DNA of 64,000 nt from Spirochaetia bacterium (lineage in GTDB: Bacteria; Spirochaetota; Spirochaetia; DSM-16054; Sediminispirochaetaceae), in the NCBI GenBank assembly GCA_034520965.1, contig JAXHMY010000007.1:1-64000 (forward strand), in the 5' to 3' direction. Below, piece by piece: positions 11,365 to 20,282 of this stretch. The notes beneath the pieces were generated by a model. That model made no database searches. It saw nothing but the letters and a program-made list of their open reading frames with translations, and was not told where the DNA came from. A program made the translations under genes and the position numbers. How positions within the stretch are numbered: the first letter of the stretch is position 1; every line of letters starts with the position of its first letter.

Positions 11365-12591
11365 ATGTACCGAAGAAATATAGTACAATCTATTTTCGAG
11401 AGCAGAGCAGATACGCCGGTCCAGCTTCTTGTCGGGGCGCGGCAGACGGGCAAGAGTACCCTTGCACTGCAAATTGCAGGTAAAGAGGGTATTCCCTACC
11501 GGACCCTCGACGATGCCACTGTTCTCTCCGCCGCCGCCTCAGACCCGGAGGGCTTTCTCCGCGGTCTCGGTGATAGAGCTGTTATTGACGAAGTTCAGCG
11601 GGTTCCGGACCTGCTTTTGGCAATAAAGGCTTCCGTTGATAAGGACCGGCAACCCGGAAAATACTTGTTAACCGGTTCATCGAATATCATGACGCTTCCC
11701 CGTATATCCGAATCCCTTGCAGGAAGGGTAGAAGTACATACACTCAGGCCCCTCTCGCAAGGTGAAATTGAGGGTAACCGTGAACATTTTATTGATACGC
11801 TATTCGAAAAAACACCCGATATTAAGGTTGAACTCGACAAAAACCTCATGCAGAAGCGGGTCGTCAGAGGGGGATATCCGGAAGTGCTCACCCGTGAGAA
11901 AATCGCACGTCGCCGAGCCTGGTTCGAGTCGTATATATCGACTGTACTTAGCCGCGATGTAAGAGATATCGCGAATATTGAGCATCTCAATCAGTTGCCG
12001 AGATTGCTTTCTCTTTTAGCTGCAAGAAACGGCAGCATGCTCAATTATTCGGAGCTCTCGAACAGTTCTGCTTTACCGCAGTCGACTTTGAAAAGGTATC
12101 TTGGTATCCTCGAGAAACTCTTTATCTTTGAACCTCTGCCGGCTTGGTCCTCGAACCGGGGAAAGCGACTGGTCAAATCGCCCAAAGTTTTTATCAGCGA
12201 CTGTGGTCTCTCCGCCTCGTTATTGGGAATAGGGGGAGAGAGGCTAGGCGATAACGAGCTTTCGTACGGTCCGTTGCTCGAGGCTTTCGTTCTTGGTGAA
12301 TTGAGAAAACAATCTGGATGGACGGAAGGAAGGTACCGCTTGTATCACTATCGCAGCGCAAGCGGAAATGAAGTCGATGTAGTAGTGGAGTCGGCAGATG
12401 GTAGCCTTGTTGGATTGGAAGTAAAGGGAAAAGTTTCGGTAAAAGCGAATGATTTTAAAGGTATGCATGCTCTGAAAGAACATACAGGATCCCGCTTTAT
12501 GCGCGGCATAATTCTTTATTCCGGAGAGAAGACTGTGGCTTTTTCGGAAAAAATGGCCGCGGTGCCCATAGCTGCCTTGTGGAAGATCTGA
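11365..12591 (+). CDS. AAA_14/DUF4143 ATP-binding protein
   Basis: GARQTGKST, VIDEVQR, LLTGSS, GGYPE, KSPKVFISDCG, EVD...GLEVK. Confidence 0.9.
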   Translation: MYRRNIVQSIFESRADTPVQLLVGARQTGKSTLALQIAGKEGIPYRTLDDATVLSAAASDPEGFLRGLGDRAVIDEVQRVPDLLLAIKASVDKDRQPGKYLLTGSSNIMTLPRISESLAGRVEVHTLRPLSQGEIEGNREHFIDTLFEKTPDIKVELDKNLMQKRVVRGGYPEVLTREKIARRRAWFESYISTVLSRDVRDIANIEHLNQLPRLLSLLAARNGSMLNYSELSNSSALPQSTLKRYLGILEKLFIFEPLPAWSSNRGKRLVKSPKVFISDCGLSASLLGIGGERLGDNELSYGPLLEAFVLGELRKQSGWTEGRYRLYHYRSASGNEVDVVVESADGSLVGLEVKGKVSVKANDFKGMHALKEHTGSRFMRGIILYSGEKTVAFSEKMAAVPIAALWKI

Positions 12592-12671
12592 AAAAAGGCA
12601 AAATCTAGATTCAAACAAAGCGGAGGGAAGCAGGTCTTGGTTTGGAAAAAATCGGTCGTAACTGTCAGCTC

Positions 12672-12800
12672 CACAATAAAAAAGGCGGTCCGTCTTGCGA
12701 CAAACCGCTTTTTCATTATGGGCCCACCCTACGTTTTCTCCTTTGGAGGAAGCCTCGGGCTTACACTTTGCTGGCGCAAAGTGCTTGGCCAGGACTTGAA
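12672..12800. repeat. att-like repeat R2a: terminator hairpin plus tRNA 3' end interrupted by a 62-bp two-hairpin insert
   Basis: About 126 bp with about 9 differences from 39625-39749; TGGGCCCAC[62 bp]CAGGACTTGAA corresponds to the tRNA 3' end at 39814-39833. Confidence 0.85.
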
Positions 12801-12841
12801 TCGTCCCTTCGGGCTTGACCATTTTTGACGAAAATTGGTCG

Positions 12842-12872
12842 GAGGTGGTCACATTTTTGGTCACATGTTTTG
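12842..12872. repeat. 31-bp element with tandem TGGTCACAT, putative integrase arm-type site
   Basis: GAGGTGGTCACATTTTTGGTCACATGTTTTG, identical at 20239-20269; both copies lie just inside tRNA-end repeats. Confidence 0.7.
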
Positions 12873-12937
12873 CATTTCTGAGCTGTTTGTCACAGAGTGT
12901 TACTTTTGGAAAATCTATGATATTATTGAATTTATCT

Positions 12938-13248
12938 ATGAATGAGGAAATTTTACAGGCAGTTGCTTCTCGAGTGAGAAAACACTACCCCCGGGCACAG
13001 GTGATGCTCTTCGGTTCCACAGCTAGAGGTACCGATTCTGAAGACAGTGACATCGATCTGTGCATATTAATTAAAGATCCTACCGAGCGCCTTCGAGATA
13101 TCAGCCGAAGGATTCAAGGAAAGAGCTTTATCCCATTTTACATAAGCCAATCGATATTCTGGTATATGACAAAGCGACTTTTGAGGACCGAGCTTCCCTT
13201 TCCGTTACAATGGAAGCGGAGATTATGGAAAAGGGAAAAGCTCTATGA
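12938..13248 (+). CDS. Minimal nucleotidyltransferase (MNT) antitoxin, frameshifted
   Basis: LFGSTARG..SEDSDIDL motif; C-terminus in another frame overlaps the HEPN start. Confidence 0.85.
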
Positions 13249-13632
13249 AGAAAGCCGACTTGATAAAAGAGTGGATCGATTATGCTCGTAATGATTTACG
13301 GGCTGCTGAGTATCTCACTAATTTACACCCTCAGCCAGTTGAAATAATCTGCTTTCACTGTCAGCAAGCGGCAGAGAAAGCCTTGAAGGGTTATCTCGTT
13401 TCGATAGATATACGTCCTCCGAAGATTCATGATCTGTACCAGCTTCTTGAACTCTGCGAAGGAAACGACCGGTTCAGCGTGTTTACCGAAGAAGCAATTG
13501 CACTCAATCGATTATTCCGTGATTTCTCGATACCCGGGAATGAGAGAACTCACTCAACAGGATAAAGATGAAGCACTGGCATATGCTCAAAAAATACTAT
13601 CTGCAATTGAGGCTGAGCTAAAAGAGATATAG
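13245..13632 (+). CDS. HEPN-domain toxin, frameshifted
   Basis: CFHCQQAAEKALKGYL, PPKIHDLYQLL, then SRYPG in the second frame. Confidence 0.87.
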
Positions 13633-13736
13633 AGACTCTTCACATCTGGAACTCTATCCCAATTATTTGCGTCAATAGAAAGTTGTTCTTGTTGTCACAT
13701 GGGTACATTATAGAGAAATAAGTACATATTTCCAAA

Positions 13737-16142
13737 CTATAACCATTTTCCAATCTTATCCCCCGGATTATACACCGGTATATATCCAAGCTTTTTATAG
13801 GCGGAGAGGCGTTTCTTAAACATTGAAATGGTCATGCCGGAACAGGTATCTACATAATCGTACACCACTATCTCTTTTTGCTCAGGACTGGTTTGCCGAT
13901 GGAGTCTGCCGACATACTGCGTTAATCTTCCCTTGAATGATATCGGCATGGTGATGAGCATGGTGTCTAATTCCGGCAGATCAAAACCTTCACCAATAAG
14001 AGAGCCAGTGGAGAAAAGGCAAAACTGATTCCTATCCTCTACGTATTCTCTTACAGCAGCAATGGCTTTTTTCCTATCTTTTTTTCCCATTGTACCCGTA
14101 AGGGTAAATATCGAGGTATCAGTTTTTTCCTTTAACGAATTGCTGAGCATATCCAGATGCTCGGTTCTATCGGAGATTACCAGAGGAGATCTTCCCTCGG
14201 AAAGAAGGTGCAATATATCGGATAATATGTGCTCATTCCTTTCATTTGATTCGGTTATGTATTCCCATAATTTCTGGATGGACGGTACAGTTCCGATATC
14301 CGGCAGCCCGGTGCTACGGAAAAATACCTTCCGTTCCTGGCTCTGCAGATTTACATCATCAACAGTGTGTGCGATAGGACCGCACTGCATAAAGATAATC
14401 GATTCAAAACGGTCTTTTCGCTGGGGTGTAGCAGTTAAGCCAAGCACGTATCGGGCGTTTATGGTTTTGAGGACCGGTTCGAATGTGACGGTTGGGACTC
14501 GGTGACATTCATCGATGATAAGGAAATCATATCCATTTGTTTTTTCTTCCAACTCTTCTATGTTTGCGATTGACTGCAGCATGGCTATATCGACTGTACC
14601 TTTCAGTTTCTTACGACCACCGCCTAAAACTCCGATATCTTTCTTCTCAATTTCAGGAATATACTCGCATAAAGAGGTTATCCACTGTTCAATTAGGGTG
14701 CTTCGGTGAACCAGTATCAAGGTTTTGGATTTTCTTAGGCTGATCATGGAGAGAGCCATAATGGTTTTTCCTGTGCCTGTAGGAGCAACCAGAACCGCAT
14801 TGTCTTTTTCCTGTAAGGATGTGACAGCCTTCTTTTGGTACTCAAATAATGTACCAGAAAACCCGATGTCGATTTTTTCGTTGCTGTTCCGGAGGTCTTC
14901 TATCACAACTTCAAATCCGCAATCCTTCAAGGTTTGTTGTGCCTGCGGCATGAGGCCGCGCGGAAGATACAGGTTTTTGGAGTCATTATCCCCACAAAAG
15001 ATGTATTTTGGAATATTCCATGTCGAAAAGCGCATTCTCTGGGCTTCGAAATATTTAGGGTTTGCAATGGTAGCCAATTTTTTTAGCTTCAGTAGGGCTT
15101 GTGCGGGAAGCTCCTTTAGCGGAATTACTATTTGTCCTTTGATGGTAAGTGAGACTGTTCCTGTGTAGGTATCTTTCGTTTCATAGCTTGCATTTCTTAG
15201 AACCGATTCGGCCACCGTCATTTCATCCGCTGCATCCAGTCGGTATTCCTGAACATCGGTCTGGTACAATAGTGTATCGAGCTCGTTTTCTGTTAGGCAG
15301 TGCAGTTGTGACAGGTATTCCCATTGATTTGAGATGATGTTGAAATTTCTATCAAGAAATACACAGAAGTTTTCGTTACGGTAGTGCTTTTGTAAGGGCA
15401 AGGCAATGAGATTTCCAAAACCACCGGAGGGAAGCAAGTCTTGATTAGGAAAAAATCTATCATAACTGTCAAGATTTAACGTGTTTTGAGATTCCATCGC
15501 TCTACTGAGGATAATCTCACCAAGGCGCCGTGCTTTTTTTGCCGGTACATGTTCCTTGAAGAAGATCCACGCATGGGCTCCATTCCCCGATTTTGAGATT
15601 TCAGTTGATACCTGGATATTCATCTCGGCTGCGGCATTTGTATATGCACGAATATCCTCTCTCCAAGTAGATTTATCGAAATCAGCGGCTAAGAAAATAC
15701 ACCTGTCTTGTTGATCAATTGCGTATGAACCCATAGCTATTTTACCCATGAGGTGGTTTCGTACAGAATCTGCATCGAAGGGAACGAATGACTGATTGGA
15801 ACAAACGCTACACTTTACCTTCGGCTTAAAGCAGACCCCCTTTTTCCACTCGTTTGAACAGACAGGGCTGTATCCCTTTTTCCCGGATCTATTATTTTCC
15901 CAATAACGAGGAAATACATCGCTTCTACAGCGGAACAGTTTCAAAAATAGCTGTATCTTCTCTTCCGGCGTTTCGGGGTCTTTGTCGAAAGCTTTCTCTC
16001 CAAGGAACGTTGCGGAGATTTGTGATTCAGTATCTTGTGAGGTTAATTTTTTTAACTCTGTAAGCAATACTTCTCTTCGCGATTCGAGTTGCTGCAGTTC
16101 GGATTTTATTGCTGTTATTTTGTGTTCATTTGTAGTTTTCAT
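13737..16142 (-). CDS. TOTE-type AEP primase-like domain fused to a SF2 (ResIII/DEAD) helicase
   Basis: N-terminal Cys cluster, LAADFD, SKSGNGAHAWIFF, DRFFPNQD...GGFGNLIALPLQ; helicase motifs APTGTGKT, DECH, TAT, QYVGRLHR. Confidence 0.85.
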   Translation of the reverse strand: MKTTNEHKITAIKSELQQLESRREVLLTELKKLTSQDTESQISATFLGEKAFDKDPETPEEKIQLFLKLFRCRSDVFPRYWENNRSGKKGYSPVCSNEWKKGVCFKPKVKCSVCSNQSFVPFDADSVRNHLMGKIAMGSYAIDQQDRCIFLAADFDKSTWREDIRAYTNAAAEMNIQVSTEISKSGNGAHAWIFFKEHVPAKKARRLGEIILSRAMESQNTLNLDSYDRFFPNQDLLPSGGFGNLIALPLQKHYRNENFCVFLDRNFNIISNQWEYLSQLHCLTENELDTLLYQTDVQEYRLDAADEMTVAESVLRNASYETKDTYTGTVSLTIKGQIVIPLKELPAQALLKLKKLATIANPKYFEAQRMRFSTWNIPKYIFCGDNDSKNLYLPRGLMPQAQQTLKDCGFEVVIEDLRNSNEKIDIGFSGTLFEYQKKAVTSLQEKDNAVLVAPTGTGKTIMALSMISLRKSKTLILVHRSTLIEQWITSLCEYIPEIEKKDIGVLGGGRKKLKGTVDIAMLQSIANIEELEEKTNGYDFLIIDECHRVPTVTFEPVLKTINARYVLGLTATPQRKDRFESIIFMQCGPIAHTVDDVNLQSQERKVFFRSTGLPDIGTVPSIQKLWEYITESNERNEHILSDILHLLSEGRSPLVISDRTEHLDMLSNSLKEKTDTSIFTLTGTMGKKDRKKAIAAVREYVEDRNQFCLFSTGSLIGEGFDLPELDTMLITMPISFKGRLTQYVGRLHRQTSPEQKEIVVYDYVDTCSGMTISMFKKRLSAYKKLGYIPVYNPGDKIGKWL

Positions 16143-16191
16143 CGAGGAATGCTTCTTTCTTGTATTTCATACGCAGTTACTATCATGTTAA

Positions 16192-16953
16192 TCAAATTCT
16201 GTAAAATTCTTTCAACCTTGAAATAACTCCGTTTAGGGATTGTGTTCTTATACCAAGAGTTTTCAAACTTATTCCTGAATCAGATACAATTCTATCGGAG
16301 AATTGTGCAAGGTCTTCTTTTATATCCTGCGGACAGCTTATTGAAAGATTACCGGGGAGCAGAGGAAACAGTCTGAAAACATCGTTTTTGTGTTTTTTTA
16401 TATCCCTGGAATCAATGTTTTCTCCTGCGGTTTTCTTTGCGGTTAAATCAAGCCAGGCCTTTGCCTTTAAAGGTATCAGAACCTCCGGACCGATAACAGG
16501 TAAATTCTCTATAACCTTTATGTTTTGATGGATAAACCGATAATAAACTGAATTAAGAAGGATTGCCGATAAACTGGAAACATCTTCTTCAACAGGAATC
16601 GGTGTAAGTTGTGAATCCTTTGCGGAAGTTTGAAGAGAATCCGGAGTCCTGGAAAAGAGTTCAAGCATATAGGGAAAGTTCTTATTCTGTGGAGAATGGA
16701 ATCGGTAAAAAAGCTTTTTCCCTGTGCTTTTCTGACGACTGGAGTATTCACCTTTTTCAACGAATTCCCAGAATCTTTGTACGAAATCGGAATCGAGAGT
16801 TTCAATACACAGGACTATATCAAGATCCTTTGTTGCCCTGAAAGCCATACCAGCTTCTTCCATCACTATACTGGAAGCGGTACCGCCTATGAGTACATAA
16901 CGGTCTTCAAAACCTTTGAAGTGATCTCTAAAAACATCAAGTCCATTTACCAT
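16192..16953 (-). CDS. Nucleotidyltransferase-fold protein (AbiEii-like, putative toxin)
   Basis: VLIGGTAS...RATKDLD, LKAKA, KHKND motifs; overlaps the upstream HTH gene. Confidence 0.7.
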   Translation of the reverse strand: MVNGLDVFRDHFKGFEDRYVLIGGTASSIVMEEAGMAFRATKDLDIVLCIETLDSDFVQRFWEFVEKGEYSSRQKSTGKKLFYRFHSPQNKNFPYMLELFSRTPDSLQTSAKDSQLTPIPVEEDVSSLSAILLNSVYYRFIHQNIKVIENLPVIGPEVLIPLKAKAWLDLTAKKTAGENIDSRDIKKHKNDVFRLFPLLPGNLSISCPQDIKEDLAQFSDRIVSDSGISLKTLGIRTQSLNGVISRLKEFYRI

Positions 16954-17930
16954 GGCATATCCTTAATTAAATCTTCCAGGGCTTCTTCAATTCGTTCATC
17001 ATCAGACTCCTTAAATTCAAGATACATCGAAAGCGGATCGGCAATTCCGTTCATGGATAAAATCCGGGGATCATATGACCATTTCTGAATGATCATGTCT
17101 TTATTCAAATCCTTTTCCAGCATATTCATCTGTAACATAGTATTCTTTGCTCTGTTTAATACGGCGTAAGTGGGTATACTCGGTTCATTTATCATGGAAT
17201 AGCGGGAAAGGGCTGATTCTCCTGCTATGATCAGATTGTTGTTGTTCTGAAATGCGACAGTTTCCGATGATGTAACTGGAGATCTTAAAAGAGAAAGTGA
17301 GCTTTCCCAAAGGTTTTGTCCGTGTAAATGAAACTCCAATTTTTTTTCTTTTCCAAATGTTCTAACGGACACAATATTATGAAGTTCCAGTTCACTAAAA
17401 GCTCTGCCAATCGACATATTTGACATACCTATATCCTCAGACATCCTGGAAGGCGATTTTTTTATCCAGTTTTTTTCATATAGTTTACCTAGTAGCAGTA
17501 ACTGAGCGGAGGGGCTGAGCTTTCCGGACTTTCTCTTTTCGTGAGGAAAGATTTCTTTAAGATCTATTCCTAAAAACGGCAGATAAAGCTGTTTCTCCGG
17601 TATAATGAAAGGTATTTTTGCTTGAATCAGTCTTGTTCTGTCTGTTGAGGACAGAGTGTTTTTTGAGTATATAATTCCTCCAGACCAGTACTGTGCCAGC
17701 ATTTTACAATGTTTGGAAATGGCAGCCGGAGTGTTCCTGTTTTCCCGGTTTTCGGTGAAAATAAGATGGTCGGTATTTAACAAATGGATTACATAGAAGG
17801 TGTATTGTTCCCTAAGAAGGAGCGGAAGATTTTCTTTGTCTTCCCAATCACTGATTTCGACTTTGAAACCTAGGGTTTTCTTTATATATGAGGCAAGAGT
17901 TTTCATATATTGATTCTCGTTGTTTAACAT
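16947..17930 (-). CDS. wHTH-containing protein (putative AbiEi-like antitoxin/regulator)
   Basis: Central wHTH (MSEDIGMSNMSIGRAFSELE), AGESALSRYSM, DPLSMYL...DERIE; paired with the NTase. Confidence 0.65.
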   Translation of the reverse strand: MLNNENQYMKTLASYIKKTLGFKVEISDWEDKENLPLLLREQYTFYVIHLLNTDHLIFTENRENRNTPAAISKHCKMLAQYWSGGIIYSKNTLSSTDRTRLIQAKIPFIIPEKQLYLPFLGIDLKEIFPHEKRKSGKLSPSAQLLLLGKLYEKNWIKKSPSRMSEDIGMSNMSIGRAFSELELHNIVSVRTFGKEKKLEFHLHGQNLWESSLSLLRSPVTSSETVAFQNNNNLIIAGESALSRYSMINEPSIPTYAVLNRAKNTMLQMNMLEKDLNKDMIIQKWSYDPRILSMNGIADPLSMYLEFKESDDERIEEALEDLIKDMPW

Positions 17931-17936
17931 TATATA

Positions 17937-17967
17937 TGAATAATAACATAGCTGGTGTTATTATTCA
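17937..17967. promoter_or_regulatory. Inverted repeat, putative autoregulatory operator
   Basis: TGAATAATAACA-N7-TGTTATTATTCA (12-bp perfect arms, extending imperfectly to about 23 bp) directly upstream of 17930. Confidence 0.6.
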
Positions 17968-17973
17968 AGATAA

Positions 17974-18201
17974 ATGTTATATTGCTTTAACATCTTGAAT
18001 GGCGTAGAATCATATCTGAGAAAAACATTTGAGTATCCGGAGCTTATCCTTGATGATAGCAGTGATAGGGAACTTCAACATCGACTGAAGGCTATTCCGG
18101 AATATGGGAACAGGGTTCTAAGGGTGATAGTAAATAATTCAAAAAGCCCTTTCCATGTGGTAACTGCTTATTTCGACAGATCTATGAGAGGTAAATTATG
18201 A
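17974..18201 (+). CDS. DUF4258-family (BrnT/RelE-like) toxin, possibly 5'-truncated
   Basis: IPEYGNRVLRVIVN...VVTAYFDR; ATGA overlap with the DUF2283 gene. Confidence 0.7.
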   Translation: MLYCFNILNGVESYLRKTFEYPELILDDSSDRELQHRLKAIPEYGNRVLRVIVNNSKSPFHVVTAYFDRSMRGKL

Positions 18202-18397
18202 AACTTAAGATAGATAAGGAAACCGATGCACTCTATTTTCGCCTGGATGATAAAAAGATAGTCGACTCTGAAGAAACTTCCCGGGTGTAATTCTTGATTA
18301 CAATGAAAATAATGAAGTTGTGGGAATCGAAATTTTGCATCTATCAAGAAGAACGAACAAAATCAACCTTGATTCTCTACTTTACGAATCCGTGTAA
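18198..18397 (+). CDS. DUF2283-domain protein (putative antitoxin), frameshifted
   Basis: Manual translation MKLKIDKETDALYFRL...SEE / PGVILDYNENNEVVGIEIL. Confidence 0.8.
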
Positions 18398-18403
18398 CGG
18401 CAT

Positions 18404-19309
18404 TTAGCTCCATCCTTTTTCAGGGTCCCACGAATTAAGTTTTGTAGGATTATCTCTGAAGAACACATCTGTAAAATCCTTGAGTCGTTTTATTACAACT
18501 GAGAATCGAAGATCAGAATGTTCATTCCTCAATTTGGATACAAAGGCTTTCCACTGCTTCACCTTAGTATCATCGTTATATACTACCTCTGAGAAGACTA
18601 CTGGAGTTTCTTTCGGGATCGGAGTGGACCTTCTCTTGAATGTGTGTTCAATCGCAGCTTTTACGGTATTATAATCAAGGGTTAATACCTTTGATATAAT
18701 GTAAAGATCGTAGAAGTCCTTCATCCTACTGGTTAGAAGACTAAGGGCAATAATTGCTTGCAGCTTCTCCGCTATTACTGTTTCAATGGGATACGAAGGG
18801 ACTACGGATGATTGTAGATCTAAAATGGTAGGTATAGGGGTATATACCGGATCAGGGAAGATGCTATCGCCTATCCCAATGTCTATTTGAAGAACTGACC
18901 GGGCTTTACCGATAAATGCATCAATTTTTGCCCTATGTCCGTGATATGTGTTCTGCTCCTGAATGTCCTGCATCCTGATTGATGCAGTATCAAAGCTGAC
19001 CCCATCTTCCGGATAGGGTAAATTACAGATATCTTCTAATGATTTTCGTATCATCTCTGGTCGAGTATCGCCAGATTTTAGTAAATCTATATCTTTCGTG
19101 GTTCGATATGTTTGGTTTTCAAGAGTAATGGTGAGAAGCTGGGCTCCTTTAAGCACATAGCTGTTCTTGTATTCCGACTGGCCAAGCCGATAGAGAAATC
19201 TTTCTATTACATAACGAATAAGCAAGGATTGGTAGTTTTCTCTATGAGAACGACTGTGGTTGAGCAGTCTTGCTAAAACAGATGCTGAATAGTCGCTTGG
19301 ATTACTCAT
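18404..19309 (-). CDS. abiEii: Type IV TA toxin, AbiEii/AbiGii nucleotidyltransferase
   Basis: ERFLYRL, VLKGA, RTTKDIDL, ETVIAEKL, SRMKDFYD motifs. Confidence 0.9.
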   Translation of the reverse strand: MSNPSDYSASVLARLLNHSRSHRENYQSLLIRYVIERFLYRLGQSEYKNSYVLKGAQLLTITLENQTYRTTKDIDLLKSGDTRPEMIRKSLEDICNLPYPEDGVSFDTASIRMQDIQEQNTYHGHRAKIDAFIGKARSVLQIDIGIGDSIFPDPVYTPIPTILDLQSSVVPSYPIETVIAEKLQAIIALSLLTSRMKDFYDLYIISKVLTLDYNTVKAAIEHTFKRRSTPIPKETPVVFSEVVYNDDTKVKQWKAFVSKLRNEHSDLRFSVVIKRLKDFTDVFFRDNPTKLNSWDPEKGWS

Positions 19310-19905
19310 ACAAGGCTTTCCATATAAGGGGTTATTATTTGACGGACTCTGCATATTTCAGCATATTTTAGCAGCTCATCAACTGTGGTCCGTTTATTCA
19401 GCATAACATCCTTGAGTGCTTCAACGGCCACCTCTATTCCCAGTTTATTTCGGTACTTGAAGCAATCGGCTATTGTTTTTGGGATGTTATAGATTTTTAT
19501 CTCGTTATTCTCACTAATATGTTTTTCTATGCCGTTTCGATATCCTTCTCCGGAGAACTTCACAATTTTTATTGGTGAACTATCGATTTTAGGGGGACGT
19601 GCTTTTCTTGGTATGGCCATCCATACCTGAGAAGGGTTCTGTGTTCCTATTTCATGAAAAGAGAGAGCACTCAGTAGGCAGACAACCCCATGCTCAACGA
19701 GTTTTTGCGCCTCAATAAGTGAATAGTTTTCCGTGGGCTGATAGTCATGGAATGAATAAAGTCCACGGGCAAGCTTAATAATATCGCCGGCTTCCACCAT
19801 TCTACGAATGGTTTCCGGATGCACTCCCGCTCTTGATAGTTCTGTTGTTCTCACTATTTTGTGTTGTTCGAGTAGACGATAGGCAATATCGCGCTGGGTT
19901 TCCAT
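19306..19905 (-). CDS. abiEi: Type IV TA antitoxin AbiEi
   Basis: N-terminal wHTH (IIKLARGLY), CLLSALSFHE, KTIADCFKYRNKLG; ATGA overlap with the toxin; imperfect IR upstream (about 19907-19953). Confidence 0.9.
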   Translation of the reverse strand: METQRDIAYRLLEQHKIVRTTELSRAGVHPETIRRMVEAGDIIKLARGLYSFHDYQPTENYSLIEAQKLVEHGVVCLLSALSFHEIGTQNPSQVWMAIPRKARPPKIDSSPIKIVKFSGEGYRNGIEKHISENNEIKIYNIPKTIADCFKYRNKLGIEVAVEALKDVMLNKRTTVDELLKYAEICRVRQIITPYMESLV

Positions 19906-20031
19906 GTGATAAATTGTACACATTAATATATAAATGTCAACATTTAGTCACACAGTGGCCAATATTGGAAAGAACTCGAAAAATATCGGTAAGAATCTTA
20001 GGGGCGTATATTTTACAGCTTAATAGAATGA

Positions 20032-20101
20032 GCTAACACCAAAAAAATAGCCGTCCGCAAGTAGCGAACGGCTATTTTTTATGGGCCCACCAGGACTTGA
20101 A
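20032..20101. repeat. att-like repeat R1a: tRNA 3' end plus terminator hairpin
   Basis: 70 bp identical to 39764-39833, which overlaps the last 20 nt of the tRNA. Confidence 0.92.
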
Positions 20102-20238
20102 GTGCAAGCCAATAGTCGACCAAACTTGACGAAGATTGACCTTCCGTACTGTAATTATTGATTATACATTGATTTGCGTCAAGAGAAACTTGATTTTGTT
20201 TGATTGGAAATTGATCCGAAATTGATGAAAGTTGACCA

Positions 20239-20269
20239 GAGGTGGTCACATTTTTGGTCACATGTTTTG
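20239..20269. repeat. Second copy of the 31-bp TGGTCACAT element
   Basis: Identical to 12842-12872. Confidence 0.7.
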
Positions 20270-20282
20270 GGCTTTGCTGTGA

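Noticed and set aside
12244..12864. 206-aa minus-strand ORF, and similar ORFs 39601..39792 and 20079..20261
   Set aside because: They read through att repeats or antisense to a real gene. The shared peptides reflect DNA repeats only.
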